From an uncultured Rhodospirillaceae bacterium (lineage in GTDB: Bacteria > Pseudomonadota > Alphaproteobacteria > UBA9219): 64,000 nucleotides of DNA. The stretch lies in assembly GCA_964453225.1 (NCBI GenBank), contig CAYVNS010000006.1, positions 9,036-73,035 of the forward strand, given 5' to 3'. The position numbers were made by a program, and so were the translations under genes. Of this stretch, positions 38,019 through 47,523 are shown in pieces. Each line of letters opens with the position of its first letter. Position 1 is the stretch's first letter. The notes under the pieces were generated by a model, which was not told the DNA's origin, did no database searches, and saw nothing but the letters and a program-made list of their open reading frames with translations.

Positions 38019-38993
38019 CTAAGCCTTCTTCGTCTTCCAAAGCGAAAAGACGATGCCGGCCCCAAGAATGGCAAAGGTTATGGCGAGCGACCAGCTTATG
38101 GGAAATTTTTCCATCCCCATCAAAGGCGCGATGAAGGCTTTGCTGCCGATAAAGATAAGCAAAGCCGCAAGCGCATACTTAAGGTAATGGAACCGGCTGA
38201 TCATGGCCGCTAACACGAAATACAGCGATCTGAGGCCCAAAATGGCGAAGATATTGCTCGTGTAAACGATGAGAGGGTCTTTCGTGATCATAAAAATCGC
38301 GGGCACGCTGTCGATGGCGAAAATAACGTCCGCGAATTCCACCATCACAAGGCAAACGAAAAGCGGCGTCATCCAAATGACGGCGCGGCCGTTTTCCCGC
38401 ACGGGTTGGCGCACGAAGAAATCGTGTCCGTGCAACTCCTTTGTAACGCGAAAATGTTTTTGTATGAAGACAAGGATAGGGTTGCGGCCGACATCCGCGG
38501 GCTTGTCCGTCCCGCACATCATCTTGACGCCGGTAAAGATGAGGAAAACGGCGAAAACGTCCAAAATCCATTCGAACTTGCTTACAAGCGCCGCGCCGAC
38601 GCCGATCATAAGGCCGCGCATGACAATCGCGCCCAGAATGCCCCAGAACAAAACGCGATGCTGGTACAGTCGCGGCACGTGGAAAAAGGAAAAGAGCAGC
38701 GCCATCACGAAAATATTGTCGATGGACAAGGTTTCCTCGACAATAAAGCCGGTAAAGTATTCCTGCGCCTTTACAGGGCCGAGAATATACCATATCCACC
38801 CGCCGAACAGCAGGCCTATGGTCACATAAAAAGCCGAGAAATAAAGGCTTTCTCTGGCGCCGATCTCATGCTCCTTGCGATGCATAATGCCAAGGTCGAA
38901 AACAAGGATCGCAGCCACGATGACCGCGAAGACGAGCCACATCCAGACAGGCTGGCTCAGAAAGGTGACAGACAGAAAGGCATAATCAGACAT
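38019..38993 (-). CDS. TerC family integral membrane protein
   Basis: LSIDNIFVMALLF and a second DxxFAxDS-like half (FAIDSVPAIF). Confidence 0.8.
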   Translation of the reverse strand: MSDYAFLSVTFLSQPVWMWLVFAVIVAAILVFDLGIMHRKEHEIGARESLYFSAFYVTIGLLFGGWIWYILGPVKAQEYFTGFIVEETLSIDNIFVMALLFSFFHVPRLYQHRVLFWGILGAIVMRGLMIGVGAALVSKFEWILDVFAVFLIFTGVKMMCGTDKPADVGRNPILVFIQKHFRVTKELHGHDFFVRQPVRENGRAVIWMTPLFVCLVMVEFADVIFAIDSVPAIFMITKDPLIVYTSNIFAILGLRSLYFVLAAMISRFHYLKYALAALLIFIGSKAFIAPLMGMEKFPISWSLAITFAILGAGIVFSLWKTKKA

Positions 38994-39171
38994 CGGGATT
39001 CCGTTTCAGTTGGGTCGATAGTTGAAGGCGGGATTTATATAACATTATGTGGAAAAATATAAAGGATTCCTCGCGCGCCATCGACCGATCGGTGGTAATA
39101 TCCACAAACAGCGAGAAGCCGCCCGTTATTACGGCACCGAAATGTATTAGAATGTCCGCGAGTAAAGGCCC

Positions 39172-39498
39172 TTACAGGTTTTCCTTAATCCAGTTTTGGA
39201 GCGCCGTTTTGGGAACGGCCCCGACTTTGGTCGATACAACCTGACCGCCTTTAAAAAGAGCCATTGTGGGAATGCTCCGTATGCCATAGGTCGCCGACGT
39301 CTGAGGATTTTCATCGACGTTCAGCTTTGCCACGGTAATTTGGCCATCGAATTCCGTAGCGATTTCCTCAAGAATAGGGCCGATCATTTTGCATGGCCCG
39401 CACCATTCCGCCCAGAAGTCAACAAGCACCGGCTGAGCCGCTTTTAAAACATCGGCTTCAAAGCTGGAGTCGGTAACCGTTTTTGTCGCAGCGCCCAT
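39172..39498 (-). CDS. trxA: Thioredoxin
   Basis: The WAEWCGPCK active site and a 108 aa length from the internal ATG at 39498. The longer track ORF to 39690 is upstream read-through. Confidence 0.9.
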   Translation of the reverse strand: MGAATKTVTDSSFEADVLKAAQPVLVDFWAEWCGPCKMIGPILEEIATEFDGQITVAKLNVDENPQTSATYGIRSIPTMALFKGGQVVSTKVGAVPKTALQNWIKENL

Positions 39499-39605
39499 GG
39501 GAAGTCCCTCGCATAAGGTTAACTTGGCAGTATATCCATATATCTCCTTTTCCTGCAAGAGGAGATGAATCAGGTGTCTTATTAGAGCATTATCATGGCA
39601 AAAAG

Positions 39606-39761
39606 AACGCTCGTCATGCCCGCGGAGGCGGCATCCCATTTGGTTTTCTTGCCAAATAAACAATCTCCAAAATCTTTGAAATCCCGTCAAAAGGAACGCT
39701 CGTCATGCCCGCGGAGGCGGGCATCCATTTGGTTTTCTTGCGGGATAAACAATCTCCAAAA
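39606..39761. repeat. Two near-identical 67-bp palindrome-containing units separated by 22 bp (family: GTCAT-palindrome-ATCCATTTGGTTTTCTT)
   Basis: aacgctcgtcatgcccgcggaggcgg(g)catcc(c)atttggttttcttgc....aaacaatctccaaaa occurs twice. The core gcccgcggaggcgggc is an inverted repeat. Confidence 0.7.
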
Positions 39762-39881
39762 GAAGCTGTTCGCAAGCGAAATACCGGAGCCTTCCCTTAT
39801 TCCAGGGCGGCCAAACTGATGAAATTTTTATGACTTGCGTCCTTATTCGTTTATGTCTTAATTACGCGCAAGGAGAACATC

Positions 39882-40688
39882 ATGAACGCCTTTTTAAAAA
39901 GCATCCCCCAAACCCTCTACTCCGGCCCCTTTTACGTTAATCTGATCCTTCGGGGCAAAGGCATCGGCTGGAAATATATTTTCCTTCAAACCGTGCTGAT
40001 TTTCGCTTTTTTTGTTTCCTCGGTTTTTTGGGGACAAGCGTCGATTTCGACGTTTCAAAGCGATATCGATTCCTTCTTTGCGCAAATGCCGGGCGTCTCG
40101 GTTAAAGACAATCAACTTGTGATCGACAAGCCTTCGCCTGCCGCCGTTAAGCTTAGCAACGACAAAGGCGACTATTTTGTCGTCTTCGATACAACGCCGC
40201 GCGAGAAAAACGACGCACAGCTTATCGAGGAAATGCAGGCGAAGAAAATCATCATTCTCTTCGCCAATGATTTCATCGCGACCTTGCAGGAGGAGCCGAA
40301 CGCCAAGCCCTCCATCGAATACTCCAGCTACGCTAAGTACAATAATCTCAAGATCAGCCACGAAGAATTTGTGGAAATGGGTAAAGGCGTGTTGCCGACA
40401 GTGGGGACCTTTGGCTTCATGGCTTTGTTTTTCTTCACGCTTGTCGGCAACTTCATCAAAGCGCTTCTTATAAAGATCAGCGCGCTGTTCTTTAGCGTAA
40501 AGCCGGGCCTTGGGGATTCCATGCGGCTTGCGGCGGCGGCGTCGATACCCGTCGGTTTATTGCGCATCGCGCTGGTGCCGTTTCATCTGCCCATCTCGCC
40601 GCTATTCGGCATGCTTATAACGCTTGCCTTTGCTGTTTTCGGGCTTACGTATGCGGATCGGGAAGCGAAAGCGAAAGACCTGAAATAA
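39882..40688 (+). CDS. Multi-pass membrane hypothetical protein (DUF1189-like)
   Basis: Hydrophobic segments flank a central soluble region. The domain assignment is from memory only. Confidence 0.4.
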   Translation: MNAFLKSIPQTLYSGPFYVNLILRGKGIGWKYIFLQTVLIFAFFVSSVFWGQASISTFQSDIDSFFAQMPGVSVKDNQLVIDKPSPAAVKLSNDKGDYFVVFDTTPREKNDAQLIEEMQAKKIIILFANDFIATLQEEPNAKPSIEYSSYAKYNNLKISHEEFVEMGKGVLPTVGTFGFMALFFFTLVGNFIKALLIKISALFFSVKPGLGDSMRLAAAASIPVGLLRIALVPFHLPISPLFGMLITLAFAVFGLTYADREAKAKDLK

Positions 40689-40742
40689 CCCGTTTCCCTT
40701 TTGACTTTCGCTGGCGTTACGTTTTCGGTTATGCTTGGGCGC

Positions 40743-42113
40743 ATGCAAAATTCCGCACCTCCTCCGCTCATCGAAAAGCCCATTCCCGGGAGCAACGCGC
40801 CCGAGTTCGGCGTCAGCGAGCTATCCAATCTCCTGAAGAGAAAAGTCGAGGAGACTTTCGGCTTCGTGCGCGTGCGCGGCGAAATTTCGGAATGCAAGCG
40901 CGCCGACAGCGGCCATGTGTACCTGACTCTCAAGGAAGGCATCGCCTGCCTTGCGGCTGTCTGTTGGAAGGGACAAGCGGGCCGCCTTGGCCTCAAACCG
41001 GCCGCCGGCATGGACGTCGTCTGCACGGGCAGGCTGACGACTTACGAAGGGCAATCGAAATACCAGCTTGTGGTCGAACGCATGGCGCTTGCGGGAGTCG
41101 GCGCTCTTCTTAAAATGCTTGAGGAGCGCAAGAAAAAGCTGGCCGCCGAAGGGCTGTTCGACGCCTCGCGCAAGCGCCCCCTGCCCTTTTTGCCGCGCGT
41201 TATCGGCGTCGTGACCTCGCCGACCGGGGCCGTCATACGCGATATCCTTCATAGGCTGGACGAGCGGTTTCCGAGGTCCGTTCTTATCTGGCCCGTGGCG
41301 GTTCAGGGAGAAAACGCCGCCGCGCAGATCGCCGCGGCGGTCCGGGGGTTCAACGCATTGCCGGCGGAAGGCGACATCGCGCGTCCCGACTTGCTTATCG
41401 TGGCGCGCGGCGGCGGAAGCGTTGAGGATTTGATGGCCTTTAACGATGAAAGCGTCGTTCGAGCGGTCGCCGAAAGCCGCATTCCCGTTATTTCCGCCGT
41501 CGGCCACGAAACGGATGTCACCCTGATCGACTATGCAGCCGATTTACGCGCGCCGACGCCAACGGCAGCCGCCGAAAAAGCCGTTCCGGTGCGCGCGGAG
41601 CTTCTCGCGCAACTCGGGGACGTGAACGCAAGGCTGTTCCAATCCCTCGTTCGCCTGGCGCGGCAAAGCCGGGAAAAGCTGAGCATGTTGACGCGCGCTC
41701 TGGGCGATCCTGCGCGCGCGATCGAGCCCCTCGTTCAAAGGCTGGATGAAAGAAGCGAGCGCCTGTCGCTTTGCTGGCGCAATTTCTTCGATAAGAAAGC
41801 ATCGCGCATAGCGGAAGCCGCGGGCCGCCTTCGCCATCCGCGCGATTTGATGGCCATGGCCGTTCAGAGGCTGGCCGCGGCAAGCCAGAAAATTGATTTT
41901 TCGTGGAAGTCCTTCTTCACGCGAAAAGCCCATAGCCTTGAAAAGACAGGAACGATTTTGGAGCACCTCTCTCCCCGCGCAGTGCTGGGGCGCGGGTATG
42001 CGCTGGTTCAGGACTCGAAGGGGCATGTTGTCGTCAGCGCAAAGCAATCCCGAAAAGGCGAGAAACTAAGCATCGAATTCAGGGACGGAAAAACCGCAGC
42101 CACCGTCGACTAG
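40743..42113 (+). CDS. xseA: Exodeoxyribonuclease VII large subunit
   Basis: The OB-fold start VRVRGEISE, the catalytic-region motifs VVTSPTGAVIRD and ARGGGSVEDL. The start is ambiguous (TTG 40701, ATG 40731 or ATG 40743). Confidence 0.85.
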   Translation: MQNSAPPPLIEKPIPGSNAPEFGVSELSNLLKRKVEETFGFVRVRGEISECKRADSGHVYLTLKEGIACLAAVCWKGQAGRLGLKPAAGMDVVCTGRLTTYEGQSKYQLVVERMALAGVGALLKMLEERKKKLAAEGLFDASRKRPLPFLPRVIGVVTSPTGAVIRDILHRLDERFPRSVLIWPVAVQGENAAAQIAAAVRGFNALPAEGDIARPDLLIVARGGGSVEDLMAFNDESVVRAVAESRIPVISAVGHETDVTLIDYAADLRAPTPTAAAEKAVPVRAELLAQLGDVNARLFQSLVRLARQSREKLSMLTRALGDPARAIEPLVQRLDERSERLSLCWRNFFDKKASRIAEAAGRLRHPRDLMAMAVQRLAAASQKIDFSWKSFFTRKAHSLEKTGTILEHLSPRAVLGRGYALVQDSKGHVVVSAKQSRKGEKLSIEFRDGKTAATVD

Positions 42114-42142
42114 GAACCACAGGGGCTATTTACAAAAGGACC

Positions 42143-42197
42143 GTCATTCCGCAAAATTCGCCAAGCGCGACTTTATGCGGAATCCGATTTGATTTTT
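42143..42197. repeat. Palindromic intergenic element of the GTCATTCCGC...GCGGAATCCGATTTGGTTT family
   Basis: gtcattccgcaaaattcgccaagcgcgactttatgcggaatccgatttgattttt lies between the convergent xseA and the 42267 gene. Confidence 0.65.
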
Positions 42198-42266
42198 TTA
42201 ATAGCAAAATCTCCAGGTCACTCACTTCGGGTAAGCCGAAAACGGAAAGCAACAGCTCGGTTCGCT

Positions 42267-43163
42267 TTATCCTTTTGCGGTATGTGCATGATCCTTTTCC
42301 CTCTCCGGCAGTGCGGCTTCCAAAGCCTTCAGTCGTATTTCGTTTGCCAGAGTGACAAGTTGATTATCGCGAAAAGCGCTGACAAAAGATGCGCCGGCCT
42401 CTCCCTTTTTATCTTTATGGAATTTTTCATGCGCGTCGACGATCTCCGGGTCAAGCCATTTGTTCCGTCCCGGATCTTCGAAAAGAGCCTGCTCGACCGT
42501 ATAGTTCTCCATGTGCGGGCGCCTCACGAAAAAAACGCTCTGGCCTTCGTTGGTATGAATATGGAAATCGTTCCGCGCTTCGAAATGCGCCGTCAAAAGC
42601 ACTTCGGAATTGAATTCGCGCGTGGCGGCATAGTCGCGCGCATGATCGAAAAGCTTATGGAAATAGAGAATGGGCTCCATACCGCCCAAGGCAAAAAGAT
42701 CGGACAACACGTAATCTTTTTTCCACCACGAGACCCATAGATCCTTTGCTTTCAGCGTGGGAATGACGTTGTCGAGCGTATAGACGAAATGCAGATCGGC
42801 GCGGCTGCGCATGCCAAGATCGTAATCGGCCTTGAACGGTTCGACCAGCCTTGCGACCTCGCGCCAGCTGAAGTACTGGGAAAACATGCGCGACGGAATA
42901 TTGATGTTGTCGTGACGAAACGCGGGGTCGGTATCGGCGTCCGAAAAGTCGCGCGGTTTTTCAAAAACAAAAGCGCGCGGCTTCAACAAAGACACAATTT
43001 CTTCTTTTTCTTTGTCGTCGACCGCATCCCAGAAATGGAAAAAGAAATCGGCGTCGTAATCTTGCAAAAGCGCCTGCTGCGTGGGCAGGCAAGCCCGCCA
43101 CTGGCGCGGCAAGCCCGAAAGAAGCACAGCGATGCGCGGCTTATGTTCGCCGCCCCCTCTCAC
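42267..43163 (-). CDS. Hypothetical protein, last gene of a 3-gene translationally coupled operon (possible sugar-modifying/transferase role)
   Basis: 4-bp ATGA overlap with the upstream gene. No motif recognised. Confidence 0.4.
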   Translation of the reverse strand: MRGGGEHKPRIAVLLSGLPRQWRACLPTQQALLQDYDADFFFHFWDAVDDKEKEEIVSLLKPRAFVFEKPRDFSDADTDPAFRHDNINIPSRMFSQYFSWREVARLVEPFKADYDLGMRSRADLHFVYTLDNVIPTLKAKDLWVSWWKKDYVLSDLFALGGMEPILYFHKLFDHARDYAATREFNSEVLLTAHFEARNDFHIHTNEGQSVFFVRRPHMENYTVEQALFEDPGRNKWLDPEIVDAHEKFHKDKKGEAGASFVSAFRDNQLVTLANEIRLKALEAALPEREKDHAHTAKG

Positions 43164-44233
43164 AGGTATTCCTGCAAGTAAGGCGCAAGCGGGCTATCGC
43201 GCAAAAGAGAAACCGCGCTGCAACTTGGATAAGGATTGGTCGGCGCATGATCGTTAATCATGACGCGCCGGCCATGGTGGCATCCCGTCAGTATGGCGTG
43301 GGGTTTGATTCCATATTTTCTCAAAAGCTCAAGAATCTGCCCCTTAAGGTTCTCCCCGCGCGCCGTGACAATAACGACCTGAGCGCCGTTCGCCTGCGCT
43401 TTGCCAAGAGCCTCCAGATTTTCAGCGATTGGCTCAAGGCAGGTCTCCCAGTTCTTCGAGCCGTATTGGCCGACGTTTTTAACAAGCACGCCGTCGAAAT
43501 CGCAAAACAGGGATGCAAACCTGTTTTGCCGCGCGCGCCATTCGCGCAACGTTCCCCAGTCTTCGTAGCCCGTCGCCTCATGCGCGCGGAATAGTTGGCC
43601 CTGGCGCGCGATCATCCACGCGATGACATGGCTGACGAAGGTTTCCTTCTCCAGTCCCGCATTCGAAGACATATCCTTGAAAGAAGCCTGAAAACCCTCG
43701 GCGGACGCAAATTGATAAGCCCCCGCGCAGAACGTGTTGGAAATGATCCGTTTTTCAACGATGTCCTGAACGATCCCGTTTTTATCGAGAGCGACGTAGC
43801 TTTTCGCGGCGACGTCCCTCGTGTCGCGCAGCCGGCTCAGATTTCCGACGACAACGAAATTCTGAACGTCGCCGCCATCGTCCCATGCAAGGTAATTGTC
43901 GCAATCCTTGACGAGAACCGGCCCCTTTATCGATGCTTCGGCAATGGCTTGATAAACCGTTTCCGCCTGCCCGGCGGTAAATTCCGGCAAGGTCACAATG
44001 TGCAAGCGGCTCCCAAAGCGTTCAAGCGCCTGCCGCAGGATCAATCCGCCTTCGAATTCCTCGTCATGCTCTTTGACAATCACGAAAACCATGCGGTCGA
44101 ACCGATCCGTGCCGCAGCCGTCCAATGCCTTGTCGGCCATAAGACGCCCGTCGGGATGAGTCAGAAGCCACTTGGGGCGCATATCGGGAAAACGGGAAGA
44201 GCGTCCGGCGCAAGGCACAAGCAAAGTGGTCAT
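43160..44233 (-). CDS. Nucleotidyltransferase (MobA/LicC/MurU-like NTP-transferase fold) fused to a short HAD-like phosphatase domain
   Basis: The N-terminus LLVPCAGRSSRF resembles the G-x-G-x-R nucleotide-binding loop of sugar-phosphate nucleotidyltransferases. The C-terminus LFCDFDGVLV (HAD motif I DxDGxL) ...VVIVTAR (motif II) ...NDHAP. Confidence 0.55.
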   Translation of the reverse strand: MTTLLVPCAGRSSRFPDMRPKWLLTHPDGRLMADKALDGCGTDRFDRMVFVIVKEHDEEFEGGLILRQALERFGSRLHIVTLPEFTAGQAETVYQAIAEASIKGPVLVKDCDNYLAWDDGGDVQNFVVVGNLSRLRDTRDVAAKSYVALDKNGIVQDIVEKRIISNTFCAGAYQFASAEGFQASFKDMSSNAGLEKETFVSHVIAWMIARQGQLFRAHEATGYEDWGTLREWRARQNRFASLFCDFDGVLVKNVGQYGSKNWETCLEPIAENLEALGKAQANGAQVVIVTARGENLKGQILELLRKYGIKPHAILTGCHHGRRVMINDHAPTNPYPSCSAVSLLRDSPLAPYLQEYL

Positions 44234-45126
44234 GGAGAAACCGTCAAAAAGCCATCGAGAGCCGCCGCCAACCTGTTTTCGACAAAAACGCGGTCTTCCG
44301 GCGCGGAAACGTAAGGAAGGATACGCAAAAGGTGCAGGGCGTACAAGTCGCGAATAACCCCAAGGGAGCCGGGATATTTTTCCTCAAGAGCTTTTTCGAG
44401 GCTATGCCTCAGGCTTGCGAGGCGCAAAACAAGATTCCTGTCGGCATCGATCCGGCGAAAACTCCATCCGCCGATCAAATCCTGCAAAAGCTTCGCCATG
44501 TCCAGATACCAACTATCGGCAAAGCTATCCAGAAAATCGATAAGATAGAATCTCTCGCGGTGAACGATGATATTTTCAAGAGTTAAATCCCCGTGACAGG
44601 GCGATTTGGGAATCCCTTCCCATGAACGCTTCGACAGAATATCGACCGTTCGCGCGACTGCTGGAGATAAACAGCCTTTTTCATGAAGGACGCGCCGCAA
44701 CTCGGCGATTTTGCCCAGAAAAACCGAGGCAGGAAGCGAGCCTTCGCTTTGCCGTTCCGTAAAATTCATAAGCATCGCGGACCAGTAGCGGATTTCCGAC
44801 AGCGGCAAGGCTTCAAGCTTTTCGGCAGCGGTGACGCCGGGCACATAATCCATATCTATGTAGGCAATGCCCGTGGGAAGAGAGCCGACGAAACGCACCT
44901 TTACGGCCTCAAAAAAAGCATTGCCGGAAAAAGTCTTTTGTTTCTCGGCCTGTTTTTCAAGTCGGCCGTTATAGTCTTGGCTTTTGGATGTCTTGCGGAC
45001 GAAGATATCTTCTTTTCCCTCGACCAAAAGAACCTGGCAGCCGGAAAAACCGCGCAACAGGATGAGGCGCGCTTCAGCATCAAGGCGGCTGTCTCGGCAA
45101 AAAATATCGTTCATGAAGGCAAACAC
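44230..45126 (-). CDS. Aminoglycoside-phosphotransferase/choline-kinase-fold small-molecule kinase (AmgK/LicA-like)
   Basis: The catalytic loop CHGDLTLENIIV and YLIDFLD (metal-binding D). 4-bp overlap with the downstream nucleotidyltransferase. Confidence 0.6.
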   Translation of the reverse strand: MFAFMNDIFCRDSRLDAEARLILLRGFSGCQVLLVEGKEDIFVRKTSKSQDYNGRLEKQAEKQKTFSGNAFFEAVKVRFVGSLPTGIAYIDMDYVPGVTAAEKLEALPLSEIRYWSAMLMNFTERQSEGSLPASVFLGKIAELRRVLHEKGCLSPAVARTVDILSKRSWEGIPKSPCHGDLTLENIIVHRERFYLIDFLDSFADSWYLDMAKLLQDLIGGWSFRRIDADRNLVLRLASLRHSLEKALEEKYPGSLGVIRDLYALHLLRILPYVSAPEDRVFVENRLAAALDGFLTVSP

Positions 45127-45220
45127 ATGATTCTTTCGAACCTAAAGTTTGCACTTATTATTGCCCTTCCGCAAAATCTTTAAGCGGCGAGGAACCGCAG
45201 CTCAGCGTTCCAGAAAAACC

Positions 45221-45279
45221 GTCATTCCGCAAAATTCGGCGCGACGGCGACGACTTTATGCGGAATCCGATTTGGTTTA
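45221..45279. repeat. Palindromic intergenic element, same family as 42143
   Basis: gtcattccgcaaaattcggcgcgacggcgacgactttatgcggaatccgatttggttta. Confidence 0.65.
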
Positions 45280-45286
45280 TCTGCCC

Positions 45287-46234
45287 CTAGTCGAACAACT
45301 CCGTCGACAAATACCTCTCGGCACTGTCGGGCAGCAAAACGACAATGGTTTTGCGCGCCATAGCCGAACGCCGCGCCAATTTCACGCCTGCCGCCAAGGC
45401 GGCGCCCGACGAAATGCCCGCTAAAAGGCCTTCCTCGCGGGCGAGCCGTCGCGCATAGGTCAGCGCCTCGTCATCTGAAATAGAGATAACCTCGTCAATA
45501 TTACTCATATCCAAAAGCGGCGGCACAAAATTGGCCCCTATGCCCTGTATTTTGTGAACGCCCGCCTTTCCACCGGATAAAACGGGACTGGCGGCCGGTT
45601 GCACGGCGATAATCTTGATATCCTTATTATGCTCGCGAAGGCCTGTCGCAACGCCTTGAATGGTGCCCGCCGTTCCAACGCCGGCAACGAAAGCATCGAC
45701 AACGCCTTCCGTGTCGTTCCATATCTCTTGCGCGGTTGTCGCCTTGTGAATAGCCGGGTTTGCGGGATTGTCGAATTGCCCCACTTTCATGGCGCCCGCC
45801 GACTCTTTCACGATTTCCTCGGCCTTTTTAAGAGCCCCGGCCATGCCTTCCGCCGCCGGAGTCAGCTCGATACGAGCGCCAAGGAATGCCAGCAATTTCC
45901 GGCGTTCCATTGACATATTCTCGGGCATCGTAAGGATAAGCTGGTAGCCCCTGACGGCGCAGATAAACGCTAATCCGATTCCCGTATTTCCTGAAGTCGC
46001 CTCGACGAGAAGCCCTCCCGGTTTTAACCGGCCCTCTTTTTCCGCCGCATCGATCATTCCCAAAGCGGTTCGGTCTTTGCTGGACGAAAGAGGATTAAAA
46101 AACTCCATCTTGACTAAGATATTGGCGACGCACCCTTCCGCTTCGGGAATTCTTTTCAAGCGCACAAGGGGGGTATTGCCGATAAGCTGCGTTATATCGT
46201 CATAAATGGCATTTTTACGCTGGGGAATCGTCAT
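45287..46234 (-). CDS. cysK: Cysteine synthase (O-acetylserine sulfhydrylase)
   Basis: LNPLSSSKDR (PLP lysine) and ATSGNTGIGLAF. Confidence 0.85.
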   Translation of the reverse strand: MTIPQRKNAIYDDITQLIGNTPLVRLKRIPEAEGCVANILVKMEFFNPLSSSKDRTALGMIDAAEKEGRLKPGGLLVEATSGNTGIGLAFICAVRGYQLILTMPENMSMERRKLLAFLGARIELTPAAEGMAGALKKAEEIVKESAGAMKVGQFDNPANPAIHKATTAQEIWNDTEGVVDAFVAGVGTAGTIQGVATGLREHNKDIKIIAVQPAASPVLSGGKAGVHKIQGIGANFVPPLLDMSNIDEVISISDDEALTYARRLAREEGLLAGISSGAALAAGVKLARRSAMARKTIVVLLPDSAERYLSTELFD

Positions 46235-46510
46235 TGAAAAGCCTTTGAAGGAATCATTCTACAAAGCTAAATAGCCTTTTCATCGTGCTTTCGTAAAGGA
46301 TGAATTTAGCTCGGCTGGGTTCGTTTCCCGCGTTTTTCCGCGCTTCTTCAAGTACATACCCTGCTATGATTGTTGCTCGAAAGGCAATGCTCCGCATTAT
46401 CGAAAGGAAACGCGAAAGGGGGCAATTAAGCTATTCGACAAGGAAATATTTGTCGCTTATATTAAGAATTCGAAATCCTATTCCCTTGAAACCGTACGAA
46501 CATCAGGTCA

Positions 46511-47287
46511 ATGGAAATATTATCGCATAAAAATCATCAGGAATTGCTCGATTTTCTGCCCCAGATCAAATCATCGGTCAAGGAATGGGTTCTTGTCGAT
46601 GTTCGGCTTACGGAAATATCCGATAAGGATTTCACGGTCACGGACGCCGCGAATCTTATTCGCCACCTTTATGAAAAAAACGAAGGCAAACTCTACATAT
46701 GCAATTCCCGCGAAATGATTTTGCTGTTACGCCTTGGCAAAACAAAAGAGAAAACCCCCGAAGCGGTCGCAAAAAATGTCGAAGAAAATCTGCCCGAAAG
46801 CAGTTGCGAGGTAAGAGCCTATGAGCCGACGCCCCAAGGGATCGCCAAATTCGAAGTCCTTATCACTTATAGAAAACCCGTAGGGCTGTCGGATTTGCGG
46901 CGCGCCAGAATTGAAAAAATTATTATGGTCGCCGATGACGATATGTACATTCGCATGCTCGTGAAAAAAGGCGCCGGAGCCAATTTTCTTATCGTTGAAG
47001 TCGAGGACGGACAGGATGTCATGAACTCCTACCGGCAACACACGCCGGATATCCTTTTTCTCGATGTGCATCTTCCCAATATCGATGGCACAAATTTATT
47101 GCGCGGCATTCTGTCGTTCGATCCCAAAGCCTACGTCGTGATGCTCAGCGCGGATTCATCGCTTGAAAACGTCGAGCACGCGCTATCAAAAGGCGCCGCC
47201 GGCTTTCTGGCCAAGCCTTTCACAAAAGAAAAACTTCATGAATATATTCGCAAATGCCCGACCATTCCGGGAATGCTTGTGACCTGA
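46511..47287 (+). CDS. Response regulator: uncharacterised N-terminal domain plus C-terminal receiver (paralog of 19482-20459)
   Basis: The receiver is IIMVADDDMYIRML...ILFLDVHLPNIDG...VVMLSAD...KPF. The N-terminal block KLYICNSREMILLL aligns with QIYFSDNKNIYIAW of the other regulator. Confidence 0.7.
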   Translation: MEILSHKNHQELLDFLPQIKSSVKEWVLVDVRLTEISDKDFTVTDAANLIRHLYEKNEGKLYICNSREMILLLRLGKTKEKTPEAVAKNVEENLPESSCEVRAYEPTPQGIAKFEVLITYRKPVGLSDLRRARIEKIIMVADDDMYIRMLVKKGAGANFLIVEVEDGQDVMNSYRQHTPDILFLDVHLPNIDGTNLLRGILSFDPKAYVVMLSADSSLENVEHALSKGAAGFLAKPFTKEKLHEYIRKCPTIPGMLVT

Positions 47288-47343
47288 GGGTGACACCCTA
47301 AAGAACCGAACTCAACGAAGAACAAGCGCCCCAACAAAAGAAA

Positions 47344-47490
47344 GTCATTCCGCACGAAGTCCCGCCGCATCAACCCGTCATCCTCCGCGAATGCGGAGGA
47401 TCCCATTTGTTTTTCTCACAAACAGCACAGCCGTCATTCCGCACGAGGTACGCGATGCGTACCGAGATGCGGAATCCGATTTGGTTTCTT
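47344..47490. repeat. Cluster of three palindromic elements (two GTCATTCCGC-type, one GTCATCCTCCGCGAATGCGGAGGATCCCATTTG-type)
   Basis: Units at about 47344-47375, 47376-47420 and 47432-47490, between the convergent RR and HK genes. Confidence 0.65.
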
Positions 47491-47523
47491 ATGAATTAGA
47501 CGGGCATCCTATTAGACGGCCCC

